From assembly GCF_001194135.2 (NCBI RefSeq), contig NC_068986.1:60371975-60433987 (forward strand): a stretch of 62,013 bases of DNA, read 5' to 3'. Both the position numbers and the translations under genes were made by a program. The notes below the pieces were generated by a model. It did not search any database and was not told the origin of the DNA. It was given only the letters and a program-made list of their open reading frames with translations. This document shows positions 12,403 through 25,139 of the stretch, one piece after another. The stretch's first letter is position 1. Each line of letters starts with the position of its first letter. The stretch is from Octopus bimaculoides. Taxonomy: Eukaryota.

Positions 12403-13395
12403 ATCANNNNNNNNNNNNNNNNNNNNNNNNNNNNNNNNNNNNNNNNNNNNNNNNNNNNNNNNNNNNNNNNNNNNNNNNNNNNNNNNNNNNNNNNNNNNNN
12501 NNNNNNNNNNNNNNNNNNNNNNNNNNNNNNNNNNNNNNNNNNNNNNNNNNNNNNNNNNNNNNNNNNNNNNNNNNNNNNNNNNNNNNNNNNNNNNNNNNNN
12601 NNNNNNNNNNNNNNNNNNNNNNNNNNNNNNNNNNNNNNNNNNNNNNNNNNNNNNNNNNNNNNNNNNNNNNNNNNNNNNNNNNNNNNNNNNNNNNNNNNNN
12701 NNNNNNNNNNNNNNNNNNNNNNNNNNNNNNNNNNNNNNNNNNNNNNNNNNNNNNNNNNNNNNNNNNNNNNNNNNNNNNNNNNNNNNNNNNNNNNNNNNNN
12801 NNNNNNNNNNNNNNNNNNNNNNNNNNNNNNNNNNNNNNNNNNNNNNNNNNNNNNNNNNNNNNNNNNNNNNNNNNNNNNNNNNNNNNNNNNNNNNNNNNNN
12901 NNNNNNNNNNNNNNNNNNNNNNNNNNNNNNNNNNNNNNNNNNNNNNNNNNNNNNNNNNNNNNNNNNNNNNNNNNNNNNNNNNNNNNNNNNNNNNNNTGCG
13001 GCACTTCGCCTGTCTGCACATCCTGAGTTCAAATTCCACCGAGGTCGACTTTGCCTTTCATCTTTTCAGGGTCGATAAATCGAGTACCAGTGAAGCATTG
13101 GGGTCGGTGCAATCGACTGGTCCCCTCCCACAAAATTTCAGGCCTTGTGCCTATAGTAGAAAGGATTATTATTACTAAGGCGGGGAGCTGGCAGAATCAT
13201 TAGCACACCGGGCAAAATGCTTAGCAGCATTTCGTCCGTCTTAACGTTCTGAGTTCAAATTCCGCCAAGGTCGACTTTGCCTTTAATCCTTTCGGAGTCG
13301 ATAAAATAAGTACCAGTGAAACACTGGAGTCGATGTAATCGACTGTCCCCCTACCCCAAATTTCAGGCCTTGTGCCAATAATAGAAAGGATTATT
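11818..13395 (+). mobile_element. Tandem array of at least 4 tRNA-derived SINE copies (11818-12050, 12063-12270, 12997-13173, 13176-13395)
   Basis: Each complete copy starts TAAGGCGG(C/G)GAGCT(G/A)G, has an A-box-like TGGCAGAATC and B box GAGTTCAAATTCC, and ends GGCCTTGTG..AAAGGATTATT. The gap 12407-12996 interrupts the array. Confidence 0.92.
12407..12996. other. Assembly gap
   Basis: N run. Confidence 0.99.
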
Positions 13396-13489
13396 TTTGA
13401 TATTGTTCGTCTATCTACACGTATTGCACATCGCTCCTATTAGTTTCATTATTATTTCTTTTGTTACACTAAGTTATTTTCTTTAATCC

Positions 13490-13548
13490 TTTTATTCTTT
13501 TACTTGTTTCAGTCACTTGGCTGTGACCATGCTGGAGCACCGCCTTTA
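13490..13548 (+). mobile_element. Fragment of a second SINE family
   Basis: tacttgtttcagtca(c/t)ttg(g/a)ctg..gccatgctggagcaccgcc, also seen at 60885 and reversed at 55420-55470. Confidence 0.7.
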
Positions 13549-14029
13549 TTGAACATTTGTCATCATTTTCTAGATAAACTAACCAGGATCTTAGGGAGCT
13601 GGTTATTTTCTCCCCCTGTATCTCTTAGGGGATACACTGGGATTTGACTAACAAACCTGCCACTCAATTTTAAAGGTGAAAGCTGGCGGACAGGGATTGC
13701 TTGTTCGCTGAAAAGAAGAGCCAGTTATCCGCAGAACAGAACAGCGGAATTGTAAAAAAATAAGTGACGGTAACTGCAGCAGCAGTAGTAACAACAATAC
13801 AGCACGGGAAATATATGGAAGTAACTTTTCTCTGCTAAAAATTTCAACTCCACCATCACCATCACAGGAATAGCATAAAAGGTCAATGACAACAAAAAGC
13901 AACAGCATTACTAGTGAGAACACTGCCATCTCCACCACTACCACCAGCAGCAACAGCAAACCCACCACCACCAACATCGTTAACAAAGCAAAAAAAGAAA
14001 CAAGCACAAGGAAAATGTACCAGGCAAAT

Positions 14030-15380
14030 TTGCTGTTAGCGGTTGGTCGACGCGATGCGGCAAATGAGGGAAGACATCTTTATTAATGTAAAATTAATTT
14101 AAAAGTGAAAAATGTATGTTGGAGAAATGTAGGAGAAATGTGACACTGAATGTATCTAAATCTTTCCAACAAGAAACTAATTTGCAAACAGTTCTATACA
14201 AAACTAGTAGAAGAATAAAGCAGGCAACACATCAGCAGAACGAAAAATATCTGCGAATAATGTGAAAGAGTAAAACGTATATAGTCAGAAGGAAAAATAT
14301 ATGGAACTGTCGAAGTAAGGTTCACCTCAGAGGAAGAAGCCAAAAAGCACTCAACGACCACCCTAATGAGTGATAAACTCATCTTCATCTCCATTTACCT
14401 TGGCCGAAGGATGTTCATAATAAGAATATTAAATATATCACTAGAAATCAGCATCTCTTTGACATGAAATGACGAGAAATTCAATATTCTGCAGATATAA
14501 AGAATACAGAAGCAGAACTGGTTAGGACAGGTTATGCTGTTTTTAATACAGGCGGATAGGCCAAGTGTCGTGGCCATCATGAACTTCATAACCCTACTAG
14601 ATGGCACAAAGCTTTACGTGGCTGTTGAGGGCAGAAGGCCGAGGTGTTACCTGTGCGGGACACAAATCACCTCAAAGCCTTTTCCCCCACAGCAAAAGAA
14701 ACCAACACTCCAGCCGACAACATTGCCACCACCACCAATACCACCACCACAACAGCAACAAAAGCAACAGCAAAAACGGCGGCAACAGCACCAACAGAGG
14801 TAGATGACCACATTATCACCAACGACAGGATCGAAAATAACAGCTGAAAAACAGCAACAATAACAATTACTGCAGCATCCACAGCAGCAGCCAAACAACA
14901 TAACAACACTAGAACTCCCTAAAACAGCAACAACAGCTATTTCAACAAAACACCCAAACCTCTTCATGACATAACCCTCCCATCTTCGGACCACTCAGTC
15001 ATGTCCTGTAATGAAGGGGACGATGAGGAGTCTAAATGACAAACGGTCTCAAGGCCGAGAAAAGAAAGAGGAACACCAATACCAACACAAAAAACTGACA
15101 GATACGAACAAATGGAGAAGATGGTTTTGACCAACAATGCTCAAATACTACTCCCAACACTAACATTGTCAACATGATTCCCATCACTACCACAACCACC
15201 ACCACTAACACAGACACCATCACTAGAAGCACAACCTAATTCACACGCACAGATTCCAACACGAACAAAATTTAAATATCATCAACTACACTGCCATAAG
15301 CACGACCAACAAAGCACAAATGGAAAACATACTCAAGCATATAAACATCATCAGCGCAATTTCATCACACCTACAACTCA
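14030..15380 (+). mobile_element. Tx1/L1-like LINE ORF1 remnant with zinc knuckle and Q/T-rich tail
   Basis: IYLGRR motif and YVAVEGRRPRCYLCG (~14615-14660). Same motifs as the ORF1 at 41870-42420, which is followed by an endonuclease. Confidence 0.7.
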
Positions 15381-15382
15381 TA

Positions 15383-18300
15383 TGCTTTTATATCCTGGGT
15401 GTTGGATATATAATTTCACGAAGTAGTGGAGAAAGTTCTTTTTTACTTTATAACAATGAGTCAGTCCACGTTTAGTCTCTTCCAGGGTGGTGGGAATCCT
15501 TCCACAATATCTCCCCTTTTTATAATAAATCTTACCTCACTTCTCCCCTTTTGAGAATTAAACTCTGCTCAGAGTTTTAATATCTCTTACGCTTAGGGTT
15601 CAATTCCAGTGTTTCCGTTTTTTCCCCGTTTTCTGGTGCTAGAACGTATAGTCTCAAATTGTTTGGGTGTTGGTACGCCAAATAATACTTCCATGGGGAC
15701 TTCATTTCACCTGACTGTTTTTCCGTGAATCTTTTTTTTAAGTTGGTTAATATGTCTTTTATGTTCGACATTTTCTCCTTTTACCAAAACTAATATTCTT
15801 CCAATTTGTTTAATGATTACACCGTCCTCTCGGCTTTCTTTACCATATCTGTAGGTTTAAAAAAAAACTTCGTCATCTAATTTGAAGAATTTTGAAATAT
15901 TTTTGTTGTTCGCCTTTTTTCTATTTTTTCTCAATATCAGCTTATCAAAGACGTATCTGACCTTTCTAGCAAACATCGATTCTGCGAGTGACATTCTCGA
16001 CGGTGTATTCGGATTAGGTATTATTCACGAAATGTAAAATCATTCATCACTCCATTGTTCGCCTTTTTCAACACCCTCTTGAAAGTATCAAAAGAACGCT
16101 CCGCTTGTCCATTTGACCTAAGATGATACGGCGGAATGGTGACATGTTCGATGAGGAACGTTTTACAAAATTTTCTGAACTCGTCTGACGTAAATTGAGT
16201 TCCATTATCAGACACCATGGTATCAGGAACACCATACATGGTGTACATTTATTGTAACCGCAGATGTCGGCTTTTTACATTTATGCACTTCCGGCCACAT
16301 TGAAAAATTGTCCACCACAAGAAGGCAATATGCACCCTTAAATGGATTTGCGTAATCAACATGCAATCTGGACCATGGAACATCTGTTTTTGGCCACGGT
16401 TGCTATTTAGTGATAGGCACTTTGCAGCAAAGGCACAGCCTCTGCATGCTTTTATTGATTATTCAGTGTTACGGTCCATTGTTGGCCAATATACATAACT
16501 TCTCATTAACGATTTCATTCTCGAAATCCCTGGGTGATCAATATGAAATTTCTTTAACAATCGCTTATGTAATGTGGCTGGTACTACGACTCTTTGTGCA
16601 TACATCAACACATTGTCATACAGTGAGAAATGGTTCGCGTTTGTGTTGCACGTATTTTTATCTCTTTTAGCTTTCAGTCTTTCTTTCGTTTTGTAATGAA
16701 TTTATCGTTTTCCGATTTTAATTCTATGTCTCGTAAAGTAACAGGTAGTTCACATATGACGGTACACAAAACATTTTTAATTTCATGTTCTGCTCGCAAA
16801 GCAGCAACCACGGTATCTTCGAATGGTTCCGCATTTTTAAAAATTAGTCTTGACAAACAATCAGCATGACCTAACTTCTTGGATGGCATATACTCCATCT
16901 TGAAATCATAGTTTAATGATATTATACCCCAGCGTTGCAACCTATAAGCAGTAGAGGTAGGGATTCCTTTCTTCGACCCATATATCAATAATAACGGACG
17001 ATTATTAGTCTGTAGTCGAAAACTACCGGGTAAAAACCTGAATATTTTTACGGCAAAAATAATCCCTAGAGCCTCTTTTTCGATTTGGCTGTAATTTTTC
17101 TCTGCTGATATCAAAGAACGTGAGGCATGAATCACCGCCTTCATGTTACCACCTTTATATTTATGTAGCATTACTGCTCCAATACATCTGAAGCTACAAC
17201 AATCTCCGCTGCAGGATCGAAGTGTGCTAACGACGAATCAGATATTGACATTTTTTTATTTGTTTATTTCGTCAAATGTCTTTTGGCAATTTTCCGACCA
17301 ATTCCTCTTCACATCTTTTTTTAGCAGATTATTCAGTGGAACACTCACCTTATGCATGTTCGTAATATAGTTTTGGTAATGATTTGCCAGTCCTAAAAAT
17401 GTTTGTTGGGGAGGTGCATATTTTTTTGTGTCTGCTCTTGACGGGTCTGGTCGACGTCCATTGTGAATTCATAGTCCGCATCCATAATCTGTTGAAAAAT
17501 CGCTGGTGCAACTTTTAAGACAAATGGTAACATGTTGTATCTATACAGTCCTTTATGTATGTTGTTAGAGCATTCATCGTCTACTCTAATTTGTAGGTAC
17601 GCGTCAGAGAGATCCAGTTTAGAAAATATTTTGACACCGCTTAATTTCGCAAAAATATATTCTGGAGTAGGTAGCGGATAGTGGCCCATTTTAAGACATT
17701 CATTTAAACCAGTGGAAAAATCAGCATACACTCTGATTTTATTATTCTTTTTCTTAGCGTACACAGTTGGTGATGCCCATTGACTATATTCCACTTTGTG
17801 GATAACTCCAATTTTTTCTAGTCTCTCTAAGTTTATCTGTTCTAACGCTGCGGACGGTACAGTTCGTTTTTGTCTAAATATCAGTATGGCGTTTTCTTTT
17901 ATTTGAAACTTCACCTTCATTTTGGTGCACAGACTTAATTTATCAGACTGAACTTCCGGAAAAATATTAAAGAATAATTCTTTTAGTTCATCTCAGGACT
18001 TATTTGTACTGGGGGAAAAAACTATTCACATTTTCGCAGAAAAGATTTATGGGAGATCACATGAGTTAAATAATTCCATCCAATCAGTTCTGAATAAATT
18101 TAACGTATTATTTAACAAAAACTTTTTACTGAAACACCACTGGGAATTTTTGAAGTTTCTTTTAACCTAGGCCTCCCCATTTTTTTCCCTATATCTGCTA
18201 ATTATTGAGATATCGCTGCCCATATCCAATTGTACCTCTACATTTGTGTTATTAATTTTTGCACACACAAACTTTCTTTGAGATTCGTATTGTCACCGAT

Positions 18301-19485
18301 AACCCATTCACGTAATCTTTTTTGTTGAACCGCCCTTTAGGCCTATTTTACCACACTTGAAGCATTTTATATTTTTAAATGGACAGTTACCTTTAAAATG
18401 TAGACCACTTCACCCATAGCATGATTCGGACTTCGTATTTTTTTCTCTTTTTTCTTATTCGTTACCGGTTGACACGCTTGAACATGCGAGCAATCTTTCG
18501 CTTCAATTTTATCTGCATAAATTTATAATCCTCTGACATTCTTCTGCTACTGTCTGCAGAGTTAAATTTTGGTCTTGTTCTACTTTTCTTAATATCCGGG
18601 AACGTATATCTGCATCTTTGCTTGCAGTAAGCGCTTGAACAAAAACTAAAGACTTGAACATGTCTGGAGTCAACTCATTCAATTTGAATTTCTCACACTC
18701 TCTGTTAACCTCTCCGGCATAGGTAACGAAATCTTCAGCATCTTTTTTGACCGGATTTAAACATTGCAAGCCAGTATTGAACAGGGAACTTCTTTCACTG
18801 AAAATTTGCAATAAAAAATTATTCCGTTGAAACAAATCTCACCTGGTTTCTTCGGGATAATATAGTTTACTATATTTTTGGTGTTTTTAAAAGTAATCGT
18901 CCTTTTTCTTGTGAGACCAACTTTTACACACTTCTTTGAAGATTTCTTCGTATCTTCGAAAATATGCATAGAAGGTAATCCCTTCTAGATTATAGCTAAA
19001 TTCTTCAGTTGAGTTTGCTACGCTGTCTGGCAAGTAGGAATCTGAAGTATTTTCAGACTTCTTCAACGTTAACTCCAGCAACGGTTGATTTTGTTGTTAT
19101 TGTTGTTGTAGTTGCTGCTGCAGTTGCTGTTACTGTAGTTGTTGTTATTACAGTTGTTGTTGTAACTGTACCACGAAGGCCAATAAATCTTCCATGTTAG
19201 AACGATTTTTTAAACGTCCAACGCAAGCTTCGGATCTCATTCTCGTCGCAATTTTTATATCCTGGTGTTGAATAAATAATTCAACGAAGCAGATGGGAAA
19301 CGAAAGTATTTACACGACGCACAACTGTTACTATTACACGAGGCTCAACGCTCTCTGCCAACGGCTCACAGTGAACTGCTTACCAGTCCGAATTGCCAAT
19401 CGCTCACAGTTTTTTAAAATTTTATAACAATGAGTCAGTCCAACTTTAGTTACTTGGTGGAGGAGGTCGGAATCCTTCTACAACA
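15383..19485 (-). mobile_element. Gypsy/Ty3 LTR retrotransposon (Mag-like), decayed but structurally near-complete
   Basis: 5' LTR ~19251-19485 begins TG. PBS-like TTGCGACGAG at ~19242-19251. gag 18400-19100, protease VQLDMGSDIS ~18210-18245, RT 17393-17920 (SKLDLSDAYLQI), RNase H 16674-17171 (NYSQIEKEALGIIF), integrase with H2C2 finger ~16430-16560 and rve 16021-16400. PPT AAAAAAGGGGAGA at 15510-15522. 3' LTR 15383-15509. Confidence 0.93.
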
Positions 19486-19689
19486 CTAAACAAAATGGAA
19501 ATGGTCCTGCACAAACACATCGTCAACTGAAGAAAGTTGTTCTGCTATTCTTTTTTTAAGTGCACTTAACACAGAATAGCCAAAGGAAACACAAGATACT
19601 ATTTTTTACAAGTGTATCTCATAAAAAAAAACAGGTGACCAGAGTGAGCGGCACAGACCCAGATTGAAAAATGCCTAAGACCAGTCTGG

Positions 19690-20480
19690 GGGATAAAATC
19701 TTACCACCCGCGGGAGACGCTTTGGCACAGTTGGGGTGAGATTCCCAATGAGGAAAAAGTAAAAAAAGTGCCACGATAACCCTAAAAAGTGAGGGATTGT
19801 GGCTAATTCCAACATACCCCAGTTGGAAGATGGTTCAAATGAAGGTAGTATTATATGGAATAGGGAATACAATAACAATTCTCCAAGTGCACAAAATAGG
19901 AAAAGAAAATTGGTCAGGCACAGGAACAGAACTATGAACATTGACCGATCGGAAAAAATTATAGAAGTCATCCCTGACTTGATCGACTTCCTTTTTAGTA
20001 CACAGCTCTTCGTAGCAGTCGAAAATAGAAACCCGAGATGCCACATTTTTTGTGAGGCAAACCAATTAAAGGCTTTCTGTCCCATGCAAAAAAAAGAAAC
20101 CCCACTGCAGACACCTCTAACACAGCAAACTCAACATTAAAAGCAACAGTAGCAGCACCACCAACACCAACACCAACAGCACCAGTGCCACGAGTAGCAG
20201 CATCCAAAATAACAACAGCATCAACAGAATGAGCAGCAGGAGAGGTCCACTCAACAATATCAGCATCATGCACCGGTACCTCACCCGAGAGAAAATAATT
20301 ATATTACTTGCACCATCGCAACCGAGAGATGCCTGCCCACATCAGTCGACCAGACCATCAGCTTAGAAATGCACGACTGTGCAGACATGCCTATTCCCCT
20401 GCCATAGATTTCTCCGACAATGAAAACTCGTTTAACGAGGAAAGCCGTTTGGGAAAACCACTAGGAGGAAGGATCTATTC
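19690..20480 (+). mobile_element. Tx1/L1-like ORF1 remnant (second copy)
   Basis: IEVIPDLIDFLFSTQLFVAVENRNPRCHIFC knuckle region in ORF 19799-20140, followed by an (ACA/CCA)-rich tail. Confidence 0.65.
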
Positions 20481-21089
20481 CATTTCAGTCACAGATTTTT
20501 TAATTAATTTTCTATTTAACTAAACAGTTTGAAACTTCGGATACTGGTTGGATTTGTCACGTAGAACACGGTATACTTTTAACGTTTTTGACAAAAGTTT
20601 GTATTTTAGAAGTTACTTCGTGTTAAAGTTGTCGTATTTGGGTAATTTTAACCAATCAGTGACGTGTATTCAGCTGAAAAAAGTTACTGCAGTTTGTGAA
20701 AGTAATCGAAAAACAACAACTCTGGGTCATCTATAGTAAATTCATTTTTCAACCGCGTGTAGTTTATTCGCTTTGTTCTTCAGCTTGGCTGTGTATTTGA
20801 ATATTTTTGCTTGTAATTACTACTCTGCTTTTATTTTTGTGTGAAACGGAGTAATAAGCGACAGTTCTATGATTTACCCTATCTCTGCGAGCTTATGTGG
20901 CGGAGAAGTAACGAAAAGTGTGATCTTTTCGAAAAGTTATTACAAGATTTTCAAATCTTGTTTAAATGTATTCGTGTATGTGTGTTTGTTGATGTATCTC
21001 TGCCTATTTATTTGTTACACCTGCCTGCTTTTTTTCTTCTTTTTCATTTGCTTATTTCCAATTATTACTCCAGCCTTTTCTATGCTTCT

Positions 21090-21330
21090 CTGCCTGCACT
21101 GTGCTGCTGCCATGAAATCTTACAGTGCATTGCAAAGTGTGATATCCTGCATTCAAATTGATTTAATCTCTGCTTGTATCTTTCAATGTATCCTGCTTTT
21201 GTATGTGTTGCACATCTACCCGATTATTATCTCATATGCACCTCCACCCGAACTGTGTATGTGCTGCCATGAAATCTTACAGTGTATTTCAAAGTGTAAT
21301 ATCCTGCACTGAAATTGATTTGATCTTTAT
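21090..21330. repeat. Degenerate direct repeat (~70-bp core at ~21103-21170 and ~21262-21326)
   Basis: tgctgccatgaaatcttacagtg.att.caaagtgt.atatcctgca..aaattgattt.atct occurs twice. Confidence 0.85.
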
Positions 21331-23149
21331 CCGTTTGTATTGTTTTTCCTTTTGTTTACATCGTGTCCATGCCTCGTTATGGGTTAGGTTAGGGTTAGAG
21401 CTATAGTTTAGAATTAGAGTTAGATAGTATGCTAAAGCGTAAATGGCCACGTATACTGTATGGTAAAGGGGCACTGAAGATTAATTGAAACAAATTACCT
21501 ATCAGAAATTATGTCATGAAATGGTGAGCAACGTGAACACACTTTACTTCACATTTCTATGTTTCTGAGGGCAATAAAATAAAATACTAGATAAGGAGTG
21601 GGTCAATATAGTTGACTAATTGTGTCCTCCTATAAAATTTCTTGCTTTGTGCCTTTGTTAGAAATTTTTGTTAGTACTATTATATAGTTCAAGCAAGAGC
21701 AAAAATGGTGTTCAGCTTTCCCAAACTGTTAATGTGAATGTAGATTTTTTTTTTTCAATTTCTGTAAGCTAATGTCTGAAGAAAAAGTGACTCCTTGTAA
21801 AGGTTGCCATTCTGGAGAGAAATGATTGGATAAAATATTTAGTACAAGGTTTTTAGCTGTAAGACATGTTAAAGATGATGATATGGGCTCAGTTTGATAT
21901 AGTGTACAGCTTATTAATTCACAGGAATAGCAGAGGTTGGTTTTTTTTTGCTTTTTTGTTTTAGTTTTTCCTGTTTTATTTGAACAATTTGGCTGGACAA
22001 AGGGGCTGTGTCTTTGGCTTTTGCATTCCTTCTGAGACGAAAGGCAAGAGCTATGCCTCTGGTTTTTGCAGGCTACTCAAAACTGGTAAGATTTACACAG
22101 TTGATCTTGAATAATATCATGTTGATGGCTGCAGAAGAAAAACATTGACAAGAGAATTTCATAAGAATGACAATCTGGTAAGAAAGGATTTAATGCTTGG
22201 TTTGCAGGTGAAATACAACCTACGTGAGCTTCGAACCTCTCGTCGTCAGATGCTGTAACGTGGTTTGTATCCAATATAGTAGTACCACCACTATTGGGAT
22301 AATGGCCTATGATACACGGTACCAGTGTTATACAATAGCAAGATAATGCAACAGCAATACGATCGTAACAATACAACAATCTCTCACGAGCCAACAATAA
22401 ATATTCCAAATGAGCAAACCAACCGACACTTTCCAACTTCACTATGAAATAACACGAACTTCTACGAACCATATATGCTTTCTCGGTTCAGTACATTCCT
22501 CACAAGAGGGTATCTTGACTCTCATCACAACACTGAGATTGTAAGAGGTAACTTGTGGTTACTAACTCTGGTCTTTAAGGACTATCCTGTTCCGCCGACA
22601 TATTTCCATTTATTTATTCTTACGATTCTGTTACTGCTGTCGTTGCTGTTGTTACTGCTGGAAATCACCTCTGCCTGGTACCGACATTTATATAAACAAT
22701 GTAGACAAAAGACAAGTATCAAATACCATAATACAAATTATTTATTAAAATTATCTTCAATTGTAGAAGTATCATTATTACCAAATGGTAATCGATTAGC
22801 ATATTCAATATTCAAATATACCAGAACATATTAAGAATAAAGTTATCATTTTGATTCTCGCTATTCCTTGTCGTACACGAGGATTAATCATCCTTTGAGA
22901 GATACCAGCACAGATCAACAAACCATTTCTGGTCTCTCTGCTGTCACTACACACTCTGCAATTCTCCTTTGTCTACATACCTGGTTTACTGAGTATTCTC
23001 TGCATTCACATTTTCCGTATACAAAGTACACGCCTCTGGTGCTGGTACAATGACAGAGAGCCCCCACTTCATGTTCCATGGAGAACAAACTGTCTGACAT
23101 AGAGCTGGCTAGCAGGGAGCTGTCTGGACTACAATTGTCTGTTGTGGTA

Positions 23150-23300
23150 TGGTTTTTATGACTGGATGCCCTCCCTAATGCCAACTACTTAAGCGGCGCT
23201 TTTCACATGCCACTGGCATAGGTACGTTTACACAGCACCCGCACGGGTGCTTTAATACAGCACTGGCATGGGCACTTTTTAAGTGGCACCAGCACCTGAA
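23150..23300 (+). mobile_element. SINE-like repeat fragment (third family, as at 61700-62013)
   Basis: ctggatgccct(c/t)cctaatgccaac is shared with 61822-61850. Confidence 0.6.
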
Positions 23301-23311
23301 AGCACAAGCCA

Positions 23312-23444
23312 CTCCCTAGAGCAGTGGAAGAATGTTATTTTCTCGAGCGAGTCATCCTTTACCTTATTTTCGACCACCGGCCAAATATACGTGTGGAGAC
23401 AGCCAAAAGAAGCATTTGACCCAGACTGCCTACTTCCGACTGTT
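23312..23444 (+). mobile_element. Tc1-family transposase fragment
   Basis: QWKNVIFSSESSFTLF..GQIYVWRQPKEAFDPDCLLPTV matches the first catalytic-Asp region (W..V.FSDES.F). The Asp is replaced by Ser. Truncated by a gap. Confidence 0.85.
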
Positions 23445-24061
23445 NNNNNNNNNNNNNNNNNNNNNNNNNNNNNNNNNNNNNNNNNNNNNNNNNNNNNNNN
23501 NNNNNNNNNNNNNNNNNNNNNNNNNNNNNNNNNNNNNNNNNNNNNNNNNNNNNNNNNNNNNNNNNNNNNNNNNNNNNNNNNNNNNNNNNNNNNNNNNNNN
23601 NNNNNNNNNNNNNNNNNNNNNNNNNNNNNNNNNNNNNNNNNNNNNNNNNNNNNNNNNNNNNNNNNNNNNNNNNNNNNNNNNNNNNNNNNNNNNNNNNNNN
23701 NNNNNNNNNNNNNNNNNNNNNNNNNNNNNNNNNNNNNNNNNNNNNNNNNNNNNNNNNNNNNNNNNNNNNNNNNNNNNNNNNNNNNNNNNNNNNNNNNNNN
23801 NNNNNNNNNNNNNNNNNNNNNNNNNNNNNNNNNNNNNNNNNNNNNNNNNNNNNNNNNNNNNNNNNNNNNNNNNNNNNNNNNNNNNNNNNNNNNNNNNNNN
23901 NNNNNNNNNNNNNNNNNNNNNNNNNNNNNNNNNNNNNNNNNNNNNNNNNNNNNNNNNNNNNNNNNNNNNNNNNNNNNNNNNNNNNNNNNNNNNNNNNNNN
24001 NNNNNNNNNNNNNNNNNNNNNNNNNNNNNNNNNNNNNNNNNNNNNNNNNNNNNNNNNNNNN
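23445..24061. other. Assembly gap
   Basis: N run. Confidence 0.99.
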
Positions 24062-24113
<52 letters not shown>

Positions 24114-24610
24114 AGTGTGCGCTTTTAGATTTAGTTGAGTTTTATTAATTTAATATTGTGCAATTTTTTCATAGCCCTCTTTCATTTGACCAAGATATTT
24201 AAAATTTTGCTGCATTTCTGATCTTTCCGATGTCTATGGAAGGATGTTTGTGTATGACTCTTTTCAACTTTAATTCTGGAGAACTGGAAGGGCATAGTAA
24301 CTTTACCTTGTCTTACCCATTTACCTCGCCTAAATTTGTCTTTTATATGCTCAGAGAGAACAGTGATAATTTTCTGTTCAGAATATGTTATAGGTTTTAC
24401 TGCGTTTCTAGAAGGTCTTTACTTTGCTCATATAGTTTTGGCAAGGTCGTGAACTGGAAAAGCAGACTTCCAGAAATAGCTGTTTGAATTTCCCCGTTTT
24501 TGTCGGGGTTTCCCTGCTTTTTTTTTTTTTTCATGCATTGCAAAACAATGAAGGGAAGCCGTTTTAAAAGAAGAATTTTTAAAATCCATCTTTTAAATGT
24601 TGGTATCTCT

Positions 24611-24954
24611 NNNNNNNNNNNNNNNNNNNNNNNNNNNNNNNNNNNNNNNNNNNNNNNNNNNNNNNNNNNNNNNNNNNNNNNNNNNNNNNNNNNNNNNNNN
24701 NNNNNNNNNNNNNNNNNNNNNNNNNNNNNNNNNNNNNNNNNNNNNNNNNNNNNNNNNNNNNNNNNNNNNNNNNNNNNNNNNNNNNNNNNNNNNNNNNNNN
24801 NNNNNNNNNNNNNNNNNNNNNNNNNNNNNNNNNNNNNNNNNNNNNNNNNNNNNNNNNNNNNNNNNNNNNNNNNNNNNNNNNNNNNNNNNNNNNNNNNNNN
24901 NNNNNNNNNNNNNNNNNNNNNNNNNNNNNNNNNNNNNNNNNNNNNNNNNNNNNN
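24611..24954. other. Assembly gap
   Basis: N run. Confidence 0.99.
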
Positions 24955-25139
24955 TCTAAGGTTTTAATTCTTGTGTATAAGGGGTCCACCGAACTTGAAG
25001 TGCCCCGGGATCCCCATGGTTTAAATCCGGTCCTGGAGACACCCACAAATAGCCAGAAGGACAAAACCCCTTTCTATCCACAGAAAGAGGGTAAGTGGAT
25101 TCTCTTCACTTTTCCCTCTCTTTCTCTCTAACAAACATG

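Noticed and set aside
11818-13395. tRNA genes or a CRISPR-like array
   Set aside because: The units are ~220-bp SINEs with no complete cloverleaf, and there is no repeat-spacer structure or cas gene.
22060-22480. 131-aa minus-strand ORF and several GTAAG/CAG splice-like sites
   Set aside because: No recognisable protein motif in any frame. The implied introns (~30-80 nt) and micro-exons are not convincing.
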